Of a stretch of 64,000 nt of DNA, positions 18,038-25,903 are shown piece after piece. Both the position numbers and the translations under genes were made by a program. Position 1 is the stretch's first letter, and every line of letters starts with the position of its first letter. Where the stretch lies: NCBI GenBank assembly GCA_966128725.1, contig CBHYLN010000003.1:17177-81176 (forward strand), read 5' to 3'. Below the pieces are notes generated by a model that saw only the letters and a program-made list of their open reading frames with translations, was not told where the DNA came from and searched no databases. The DNA is from an uncultured bacterium. Lineage in GTDB: Bacteria; Bacteroidota; Ignavibacteria; OLB7.

Positions 18038-18074
18038 GAAGCCCCCTCACGTGATCTCCACGTGAGGGGGCTTC
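18038..18074 (-). terminator. Strong GC-rich hairpin (terminator) downstream of the minus-strand T9SS cargo gene.
   Basis: Perfect 16-bp stem GAAGCCCCCTCACGTG / CACGTGAGGGGGCTTC with loop ATCTC, about 100 nt past the stop of the 18170..21505 gene. Confidence 0.6.
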
Positions 18075-18169
18075 CCTATCCGTCGCTGCCTGGCTTTTCC
18101 ATCAACCGTCGTTGAGTCCCCCCAGACCATGTTCGGGTCGATGTCAAGCGCAGGCCCGACTGGGTTTGG

Positions 18170-21100
18170 TTACTTCACCACTGTCATGCTGCGGGTTTCA
18201 ACCAGCGTGCCGGCACGCAGCGTGTAGTAGTAGGTGCCGCTTGGCAGATTGTTGGTGTCGAAGAACACGGCATGTTCGCCGGCGCCAAGACGCTCATTAT
18301 CCATCAGGCGGGTTACCACTCGACCGCTTGCATCGGTCACCACCAGGCTTACCGACTCCTGCGACATTGGCAGGCTGAAGCCGATCGTTGCCGAGTGCGT
18401 GGCCGGGTTCGGGAAGCTCTGCCCGAGCATCGCGGTTGCGCCGGTGGCGCCATCATCGCCGCGAACCGAGGAGAGCGGGTTTGCCAGGGTGATCTCACCG
18501 TTTGTGAGAACCTGACCATCGGCGTCGTACGTGGTGAATCCAAGCGTCACCGTGTTGGCTTCCACGCCGGCCATCGTGATGTAGATCGGTCCGTGCTCCT
18601 CGCCCGGTGCCAGCGAAACCGCTGCATCGCCGATCTCCTCGCCCACGAAGCGTGTCTGCCCGTTGCGGCCCAGCTTCACGATCACCTGCTTGTCGCCCGC
18701 GGTAGGTCCTACGCCGATGATGCGCGCGCCGCTCTGGGTACCGGGCTCGCTGATCCCGAAGGCAGCCACCGGCAGGCCCGACGTGTTGGCATTGCGCAAG
18801 TGAATTGCGTAGGTCCGAACATTCGTCAGGTTGGTGTTGGCACCCGTCACCACATCACCGCCCAGCTCGTTTGCACGGCGGAACGTCACAAGCGCTTCCT
18901 CGCTCAGCGTGTCCGGCATACCCGTCTCCGGATTGGTTACCGTGTAGGTGAGCACCAGGCGGTGCCGCGCCGTACGGCGGCTTCCAAGGCCGTTGTACTT
19001 CAGGGCAAACGTCACGCTGCTGTTCGGCTGCGCATCAAACGCTGCCAGCATCTCGCCGTTGGCGAAGAAGAGATCGTAGCCCGCAACCGATGCCGAGCCG
19101 TCCTCGATGGTAAGACCCGAGTCAGCAGGTGTCATCGTCAGGCCGATGTAGTGCACCGTGCCCAGCTCCTGCGGCGGCACCGGGAAGTTGATCGCCAGGT
19201 AGGCACTGTCGGGGCCAACCAATGCTCCGGAAAGCGTTGGGCCATCGGCGCTCTGCAGGGTCTGCTCACCCTGGCGCTTGCTGGTACCAGGCGTCCAGAT
19301 GTTGACATCGTCCCACTTGATCAGGCGGAAGCGCAGACGCGAGAAGCAGAGCACGGTGTCACACGTCACGCAGTTCTTATCAGTGAAACGGAAGCGGATG
19401 CAGTAGCGAAGAACATCGAACCAACGGTTCGGAGCCATCGGCTGGAACTGGAGGTTCAGGTTGAACGGAACACCCATCCAGTTCACGGGCACCATCGGGC
19501 CCCACGTGATATCCTGCGGAACCGGATACCCTGGCGCCGGCGGAACCGTGCCCGGCATACCGTTGATGGTACCGCTGGTGAAGCTGCCCCATGCGGGCGC
19601 GCCGTTTACCGTCACGCTGACAAGTGTTGCCGAGGCCGCGCCAATCGGCGTTGCGCCGCTTCCGGCCGCCCAGAGGATGCCGCCAACATTGCCGGCGCCA
19701 TTGGCCGAGGCCGAGTTATGAAGCTGAGCGAATCGCTTCAGGAAATCCTTGCAGCAATCGATCGGCTTCGGGCAATCGGGAAGCTTGATCTGGAACGAAT
19801 CGCGGCAGCAATGCACGCGCTGCTTGTCGCAGATGGAGGCGTAGAGCGTGTATCCGCCGGGCACCGCGCCAGGACCACTGATGACCACGCATTGCATCGG
19901 CGACATCGTACCAGGAGCCACACCGCTTGGATACACGATCGTCATCGGCGAGAACGACATTCCCGGCGGAGGCACAATCGTGAAGTAATACACCGGGAAG
20001 CTGGACTGGTTAAGGAAGTTGAAGCACCACGAGTAGGCCGGCTGTCCGTTCGTCAGTGAGATGCACTTGACAAAGTTCTCCTTGATCTGGAAGCATCCGG
20101 TTGGGCACTCCGGCAGGCGCACCTTGATGGTGTCGGTGCAGCAACGCTGCTCACCCGTTGGCAGCACACAGCACGTACGCACGGCAATCGAGACAACCGT
20201 GCCTGGCACCGCGGCCGGGCCGGAGATCGAGAACACCACCTGCTGGTACGTGTTCGCAACGAGCGTAAACGTGCCGGGCGTAACCGTCACACCAACCGGC
20301 AACACGCTGACAACCGTGGCCGTCTGTGTCTGGCAGCCGGCAAGATGGCTGCGCAGCCACGTGGTCCACTGATATCCCATCTGGTTGCTGCCGGGGATCG
20401 GCTTGCACTCGATGTGGCTATCCTGCGACATGTCGATGCAGGTATCCTTCTGGCAGTTGCCGAAATCACGACCGGAAACGATCTGCCCGGCGGTCATCGC
20501 CACCGTATAGGTGAGGCTTGCAGGGTACGTCTGGGTCCATCCCGGCTGGTTGACTTCGTTCACGATGTACGAGCCAACAGGAACGTTGAAGAAGTAGTAG
20601 TTGCCGAGAACGTCGGTCACGGTGGTCCATCCGTTGGAAAGCTGAATCGTCCAGCCGGCCAATCCCGGCTCGTTGGCGTCCTTCTTTCCGTCGCAGTTGA
20701 GATCACGGAACTTCTGGCCGGTGATCACGCCGGTGGAATCGCAGCAGTTGGGCTTCACCAGACCAACACCGGGAGCGGTTACGTAACCGGCGATATCGAG
20801 GCCCATCGCAACGCTGCCGATGTTGTGCAGACGCACGCGGATGCAGTTGCGGCCGGGCTTGAAGAATTGCGGGTTGTTGGTGGCCAGGTGCGTTGGAACG
20901 GTAAAGCCACCCGTTGTTGAACCGATATAGTTACCGTTGAGGAACACGGCCGCGCTGTCGTCGGCAAGGATGTCGAACGCCATGCTCGGCTTCTGCGCAT
21001 TCGGGCCAAGACAGAAACAGTACTCGAACTCGTACAGGCCGTTCAGGATGTTGGTTGACGATGGATACGAGCTGATCCACTGGCTGTTGGTAAACGGGAA

Positions 21101-21505
21101 CGCCCACGCGGGATGCTTCAGGATCACACCGGCCGGCCGGGGCTCGGTAGTGCCGGGATCGGGATCGCTGATCACGCGCCACCAGGGCGTCATGCCGCCA
21201 ATCGGGAAAACGGTATTCGTGTTGTAGTTGAAGCCCGTGTTGATCTTTACCGTGTCGGTAAGGCAGGGGTCGTTCTGCGCGTGCAGGTTGGCCGAAGGAA
21301 TGGCCAACCCGAGCATCAGAAGAATCAGGGTAATCGCACCAACAACAAAACCCGGCACTCGACGGCCGGCGGTTGCAGTGCAATTGATCGCATCGTTGTA
21401 CCCAACGATGGTGTTGATCGGCTCATTCGCGAGCCGATTGGTAGCGCCAGTTGGCGCGTTGCCGGTCGTTCGCCGGCTCGTTGTTCTGGATGTTGCGGTC
21501 ATCAT
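18170..21505 (-). CDS. Large secreted protein with a T9SS (Por) C-terminal sorting domain.
   Basis: 1111 aa. N-terminal TM/signal region and a C-terminal Por_Secre_tail (…FPNPATHSATIGFSLPMSQESVSLVVTDASGRVVTRL…GTYYYTLRAG…). Confidence 0.8.
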   Translation of the reverse strand: MMTATSRTTSRRTTGNAPTGATNRLANEPINTIVGYNDAINCTATAGRRVPGFVVGAITLILLMLGLAIPSANLHAQNDPCLTDTVKINTGFNYNTNTVFPIGGMTPWWRVISDPDPGTTEPRPAGVILKHPAWAFPFTNSQWISSYPSSTNILNGLYEFEYCFCLGPNAQKPSMAFDILADDSAAVFLNGNYIGSTTGGFTVPTHLATNNPQFFKPGRNCIRVRLHNIGSVAMGLDIAGYVTAPGVGLVKPNCCDSTGVITGQKFRDLNCDGKKDANEPGLAGWTIQLSNGWTTVTDVLGNYYFFNVPVGSYIVNEVNQPGWTQTYPASLTYTVAMTAGQIVSGRDFGNCQKDTCIDMSQDSHIECKPIPGSNQMGYQWTTWLRSHLAGCQTQTATVVSVLPVGVTVTPGTFTLVANTYQQVVFSISGPAAVPGTVVSIAVRTCCVLPTGEQRCCTDTIKVRLPECPTGCFQIKENFVKCISLTNGQPAYSWCFNFLNQSSFPVYYFTIVPPPGMSFSPMTIVYPSGVAPGTMSPMQCVVISGPGAVPGGYTLYASICDKQRVHCCRDSFQIKLPDCPKPIDCCKDFLKRFAQLHNSASANGAGNVGGILWAAGSGATPIGAASATLVSVTVNGAPAWGSFTSGTINGMPGTVPPAPGYPVPQDITWGPMVPVNWMGVPFNLNLQFQPMAPNRWFDVLRYCIRFRFTDKNCVTCDTVLCFSRLRFRLIKWDDVNIWTPGTSKRQGEQTLQSADGPTLSGALVGPDSAYLAINFPVPPQELGTVHYIGLTMTPADSGLTIEDGSASVAGYDLFFANGEMLAAFDAQPNSSVTFALKYNGLGSRRTARHRLVLTYTVTNPETGMPDTLSEEALVTFRRANELGGDVVTGANTNLTNVRTYAIHLRNANTSGLPVAAFGISEPGTQSGARIIGVGPTAGDKQVIVKLGRNGQTRFVGEEIGDAAVSLAPGEEHGPIYITMAGVEANTVTLGFTTYDADGQVLTNGEITLANPLSSVRGDDGATGATAMLGQSFPNPATHSATIGFSLPMSQESVSLVVTDASGRVVTRLMDNERLGAGEHAVFFDTNNLPSGTYYYTLRAGTLVETRSMTVVK

Positions 21506-21695
21506 CTGATTACCTCGTTTGCGTTTGTATGTGTTGAAGGAGTCGATTCGTTTCTGATTTCAAGCTGCATACAGACTAATGCAGCCTCTTAAAGCACGCT
21601 TAAAGCGAATTCCCCATCCGTTTTTTTATTCCCCTCCGGCGCCGCCGTAGCGGACGCCGGAGGGGAGATTGTCCCCGTCACGGATCAAGAGGACG

Positions 21696-21863
21696 CTATG
21701 AGATCAGTGCCTTTACGCCTTTGCGCGCATAGGCCGCCACTACGTGATCGCTGCCTTTGCCGCGGCCGGCAAACGGATAGAAGCCTATCGCCGCCAGGCC
21801 GAAGCAGAACAGACAACCACCAATCAGTCGAAGTATCGAGCGGACATCGTTCAGCGTATTCAT
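21696..21863 (-). CDS. Possible small membrane protein (55 aa).
   Basis: MNTLNDVRSILRLIGGCLFCFGLAAIGFYPFAGRGKG… has one predicted TM helix. It sits in the promoter region of the large T9SS gene. Weak evidence only. Confidence 0.3.
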   Translation of the reverse strand: MNTLNDVRSILRLIGGCLFCFGLAAIGFYPFAGRGKGSDHVVAAYARKGVKALIS

Positions 21864-22083
21864 ATGATCACCCTGTATTGCGCATCGTTCGATCTGTGGA
21901 CATCCTTCCGCCTCCGGGCCGTTCATCACTCGATCATCGAACATGTATACACGCTATCGCGGGCGCTTAAAAGCGTCTTAAAGAGGTCTGGAAAGATTCG
22001 AGATGGTGGTTCCAAACAACCATGCCGGCGAAGACGGCTGGGGTTGGGAATGCTGAATCTGACTCAAAAAACGCGGATTCACT

Positions 22084-22124
22084 AAAAAAGAAGCCCCGCT
22101 CGGACACATGTGCCGTGCGGGACT
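22084..22124 (-). terminator. Rho-independent terminator for metH.
   Basis: On the minus strand: GTCCCGCACGGCACATGTGTCCGAGCGGGGC hairpin followed by TTCTTTTTT, about 80 nt past the metH stop. Confidence 0.55.
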
Positions 22125-22226
22125 TTTCTTTGAAGCGGAAATTCAGTTGTCGGTTGGGGCCAGCCCACGGCAACCGCGGCTATCCACACAGTGCCTGGCC
22201 GGCGTTACCACGCCGCCACGGCTATA

Positions 22227-24563
22227 TCACACTCGTACGTTGAAGTACTTGGCCGCCGGATGATGCACAACAATGGCGCTTGTGGATTGCTCGGGGTCGA
22301 GCATGAACTCCTCGGACAGCGAGATGCCGATCCGCTCCGGACGAAGCATCTCGAACATCTTCGTCTGGTCCTCCAGATTCGGGCACGCAGGATATCCAAA
22401 GGAGTACCGGCTACCACGATATCCCTGCGAGAACAGGCGACGGATGTCGGCCGCGTCGTCGCCGGCAATCCCCAACTCCACACGGATGGATTTGTGCCAG
22501 TACTCGGCCAGGGCCTCGGCGGTTTCCACCGACAAGCCATGGAAGTACAGATAATCCGAGTAGTTGTTCGCACGGAACAGCTCGCCCGCATATTCGCCGG
22601 CGCGTTTGCCCATGGTCACGATCTGCAGGGCCACAACGTCGTAGGCGCCGCTTTCAACCGGACGGAAGAAGTCGCTGATGCAGAGATGGCGGCCGTGCGA
22701 CTGCCGTGGGAACTCGTAGCGGATCCACTCCTCCAGCCCGGAATCATCCATCGGCACAACGGGCCACTCGCCAACAAGCGCGTCGCCGGCAAGCCCCTTC
22801 GGCCGATACACGATCAGCGTGTTATAGTCGGCACGGCAGGGATAATAGCCGTAGATCACCTTCGGTTCCAGCAGCCGCTCGCGCTTGGCGCGCAGCTTCA
22901 TTTCCTCCAGTTTCGGATGCACCACGTCCTCAAGCTCGCGGCGATATTCCTCGGCCGTCCGCTTCCCCTTCTTTACCTGCCACTGCCCCCGGATCAACGC
23001 AACCTCGTTGATGTACTCGAACACCTTCTCCAGGTGGATGTTATCCACCACACGCGACCCGTAGAACGGGGCCGTGGGTACCGGTACTTCGCGGTCCACA
23101 TCGGAGGTCACGCGCAGGCGATGCACGCCACGATCGGTCTGGAAATCCTGAGCACTTACCGGGAAATCCGCATCCTGACTTTGCTCCTCCTGCAACTGTA
23201 CCGACACCGCATACGCCGATACCCCGGTTGCATCGGCAAACGCGGAGGCCGGCTTCGAGATATACAGCGCCGGCGGGCGGCCGTAGGTATCGATGCAGAA
23301 ATCGATCTTGTCGTTGGCGATCACCGCGCGCGGATCGTCCACGGGCACATGATCGAACCCAAGCGTCCGATAGAACCGCCCAAGCTCGACATCGTCCGGA
23401 TCGCAGGTAACGTAGACTTCGGCCTCGCGATTGATCGCACGCGCCATCGAGCGCATGGTCCGGACCAGATCGAACCCGGCTCCGGCCGTCCATTGCTCCG
23501 GCAGCATCGTGATGTTGGTAAGCTCGTAGACGCCTTCGCCCATCGGCATCACACGCCCACCGCCCACCACGTCCTCGTGCAGCTCGGCCACCACCAGCTC
23601 GGCGATGTCGGCGCGCTCCAGATCCTCCCGAACCACATTCATCAGCACGGCCAGAGCATCAAGCTCGTCGTCGGCCGCGGGGCGCACACGCACCGCGCCA
23701 CGTTCGGATACCGAGCGCCGGGCATTGGCGTAGGCGTCGTTGGAAGCACGTTCCTCGGTGGACAGTTCAGCGGCATCCCCGGCCCCGATGTCGCCATCGG
23801 CTTCCAGCGGCATGTCCAGCGGATGGCCGCCAACGATGCGCTCCATGTAACGCAGTCCGGCAAACGCGTCGTTGGCATATGCCACGGTCGGGCCGTAGAT
23901 CTCGCGCAGATCCTGCTCCACGTACCGCCGCGTAAGCGCCGCGCCGCCCAGGATCACCGGCACTTCGATGCCGCGCCCCTTCATCAACTGAAGGTTCTCC
24001 TTCATGATGAGCGTGCTCTTGACCAGCAGGCCGCTCATGCCGATTGCGTGCGCGTGATGTTCGCGCGCGGCCTCCAGCATCGTTTCCACCGGCACCTTGA
24101 TCCCCAGATTCACCACCCGGTACCCGTTGTTGGTCAGGATGATATCCACCAGGTTCTTGCCGATATCATGCACGTCGCCCTTCACGGTGGCGAGCACCAT
24201 GGTGCCCTTCGCGGAGCTGTCGGACCGCTCCATGAACTGTTCCAGATACGCCACGGCCTTCTTCATGGTCTCGGCCGATTGCAGCACGAACGGGAGCTGC
24301 ATCTGGCCCGACCCGAACAGATCGCCAACCACCTTCATGCCGTCCAGCAGAATGGTGTTGATGATCACCAACGGCTCGTAGCCCTTCAGGGCCTCATCCA
24401 GATCAACATCGATGCCGATCTGATCGCCGTCGATAATGCGCTGCTTCAGCCGCTCCTCAACCGTGAGAGTGGCCTTATCCACCGTCTGCCGTTCGCTCTT
24501 CTTGTCCGCATAGTAGGCCATCAGCTCCACCAGCGGATCGTATACACACTTGCGTTCTACCAT
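22227..24563 (-). CDS. metH: Methionine synthase, B12-binding (cap plus Rossmann) and AdoMet-activation domains only. It lacks the Hcy- and methyl-THF-binding barrels.
   Basis: B12-cap and DxHxxG motif (ATVKGDVHDIGKN…GMSGLL). C-terminal reactivation domain (…FPRQ…LCISDFF…VTMG…HGLSVE…YRGSRYSFGYPACPNLEDQ…DPEQSTSAIVVHHPAAKYF). The ORF begins directly with the cap domain, and upstream is a divergent intergenic region. Confidence 0.85.
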   Translation of the reverse strand: MVERKCVYDPLVELMAYYADKKSERQTVDKATLTVEERLKQRIIDGDQIGIDVDLDEALKGYEPLVIINTILLDGMKVVGDLFGSGQMQLPFVLQSAETMKKAVAYLEQFMERSDSSAKGTMVLATVKGDVHDIGKNLVDIILTNNGYRVVNLGIKVPVETMLEAAREHHAHAIGMSGLLVKSTLIMKENLQLMKGRGIEVPVILGGAALTRRYVEQDLREIYGPTVAYANDAFAGLRYMERIVGGHPLDMPLEADGDIGAGDAAELSTEERASNDAYANARRSVSERGAVRVRPAADDELDALAVLMNVVREDLERADIAELVVAELHEDVVGGGRVMPMGEGVYELTNITMLPEQWTAGAGFDLVRTMRSMARAINREAEVYVTCDPDDVELGRFYRTLGFDHVPVDDPRAVIANDKIDFCIDTYGRPPALYISKPASAFADATGVSAYAVSVQLQEEQSQDADFPVSAQDFQTDRGVHRLRVTSDVDREVPVPTAPFYGSRVVDNIHLEKVFEYINEVALIRGQWQVKKGKRTAEEYRRELEDVVHPKLEEMKLRAKRERLLEPKVIYGYYPCRADYNTLIVYRPKGLAGDALVGEWPVVPMDDSGLEEWIRYEFPRQSHGRHLCISDFFRPVESGAYDVVALQIVTMGKRAGEYAGELFRANNYSDYLYFHGLSVETAEALAEYWHKSIRVELGIAGDDAADIRRLFSQGYRGSRYSFGYPACPNLEDQTKMFEMLRPERIGISLSEEFMLDPEQSTSAIVVHHPAAKYFNVRV

Positions 24564-24655
24564 AGGGCACCAAAGTTACGCATCCAATGCGTCACGCACC
24601 GTATCACTTCGCGAACGCCCCGGCAATCCCACCAGGCACCGGCACGGTGGCAATC

Positions 24656-24682
24656 AAAAAGCACCCTTTTGGGTACTTTTTT
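24656..24682. other. Second copy of the AAAAAG(C/T)ACCC-N4-GGGTACTTTTTT palindromic element, in the divergent metH / 24747 intergenic region.
   Basis: aaaaagcacccttttgggtactttttt has 10 of 11 bp complementary arms and a TTTT loop, flanked by an A-run and a T-run. Compare 3083-3109. Confidence 0.35.
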
Positions 24683-24746
24683 GTTTGCCTCAAACGTTGT
24701 CAGTTTGAACAATGAAACGGGCTCCCCCCGGTTTCAACGTATTCGG

Positions 24747-25148
24747 ATGGATAACATGACCGACGCAGAAATCGCAATGAAGGAACGCAGGGCTCGGGCC
24801 GCTGGCAGCATACAGGCAGGCGTGCTCAGAGCACACAGGAACAGGCCCTGGTGGCTCAGCACCCTGTTGAGCGGGTTATCGCTTGCAACGGTTGTTACGT
24901 GGGTGTTTGTCGCGGGAACGTGGCACGGCGGTGTGAACGACAAGCTGGATCACCTGGTTACCGCGCAGCAACTGCGCGATGCCGGCACCGACCCACAGAG
25001 CAGGGTAATGGAGGAACGCTTCAAGCGCGTTGAGGCACGCAACGAATCAACACGCGAGGATATCAACGCACTTCGCGAGGACGTGCGCGCTGTCAACGGC
25101 AAACTTGATCAACTGCTGGCCAGAGCGGGGGTCGCACACGAGCGCTGA
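24747..25148 (+). CDS. Hypothetical membrane-anchored coiled-coil protein.
   Basis: 133 aa with one TM segment (WWLSTLLSGLSLATVVTWVFVAG) and C-terminal heptad-like repeats. ATG at 24747. This is the only protein-like part of the long antisense ORF 22191..25148. Confidence 0.55.
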   Translation: MDNMTDAEIAMKERRARAAGSIQAGVLRAHRNRPWWLSTLLSGLSLATVVTWVFVAGTWHGGVNDKLDHLVTAQQLRDAGTDPQSRVMEERFKRVEARNESTREDINALREDVRAVNGKLDQLLARAGVAHER

Positions 25149-25211
25149 TCCGCTGTCTGTCCGCGCGCGGAGCACGATGGATGCCACACCCGGCACACGG
25201 CGTTTACGGAT

Positions 25212-25570
25212 TCAGCGGAGCAGATCCACCAACTGGCGTCCGGTTGTCGGTGACATCCCGTCCTGCCGATGCAGAACACGGCCGTTACGCACAACAAGCA
25301 CATCGGGATATCCACGAACGGAAAGGCCCAGCGCCAGTTCGGATGTAAGCGCCGCAACCTCAATGGACGCGCCGAAATCGCGGCGAGCTGATTCAACCCC
25401 TTCACGGCTGACCACAACCACCCTGCAGACCACACGCGAGTCCGCAAGCGTTTTCAGCACATCAGGAATGAACCGGCGGCACACGCCGCATAGCTCGCAT
25501 TCTGGATATCAGCAAGCACCTCACCGGCAAACGGGCTCCGCAGACGGAAGGCCTGTGCGCAGTGGTACAA
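25212..25570 (-). pseudogene. Thioredoxin-like gene, apparently frameshifted at the CxxC motif.
   Basis: The C-terminal 90 aa align to the thioredoxin fold (…GYPDVLVVRNGRVLHRQDGM…QLVDLL). A CGVC active site is encoded in the same frame just 5' of the annotated GTG, but is separated from any start by an in-frame TGA at 25509-25511. The N-terminal ~26 aa (TTG 25570, …SPFAGEVLADIQNAS) are in another frame. Confidence 0.5.
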
Positions 25571-25840
25571 ACAAGATCATTGTACCCCCGAACTGTTTGG
25601 AACGCCACGAAGTATGATGATGACAACCATAACTGTTACCGCAAATTCAGGATCAGACATCCGCCGCCACCCGTGCTGTCAATAACTGACCGCCGGCTGC
25701 GAACATCTTGTTGATTGCTCGTTTGGTATCATCGTATCAGTTTTGCCGACACTGATTGCGATCGGCGCAACAACGTTCGTACTATTCGGCCAACGCCCGA
25801 TCGCTCACAGCCGTCGCCGCTTTATACATTCGGACACCTC

Positions 25841-25861
25841 ACATTGTGTCGGCGGCAATGT
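25841..25861 (+). promoter_or_regulatory. Perfect inverted repeat ACATTG-N9-CAATGT, 43 nt upstream of the helicase-nuclease start. Candidate operator.
   Basis: ACATTGtgtcggcggCAATGT, with a further TACATT copy at 25825-25830. The spacer carries the 12-mer TGTGTCGGCGGC, which also occurs upstream of radA. Confidence 0.3.
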
Positions 25862-25903
25862 ATGGTCTGGGCTCGGCAATGCCAAGCTCGCTTACCCAAC
25901 CCG

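Noticed and set aside
21631-21665. Hairpin CCCCTCCGGCG-N13-CGCCGGAGGGG preceded by a T7 run, upstream of the large T9SS gene.
   Set aside because: The T-run precedes rather than follows the stem on the plus strand, and is an A-run on the minus strand. So it is not a classical intrinsic terminator for either direction. Left unannotated as a feature.
22191-25148. 985-aa plus-strand ORF spanning the whole metH locus.
   Set aside because: Antisense to a strongly supported metH. The composition is Arg/His/Gly-rich and unprotein-like, typical of GC-driven antisense ORFs. Only its last 133 codons (24747-25148) are a plausible separate gene.
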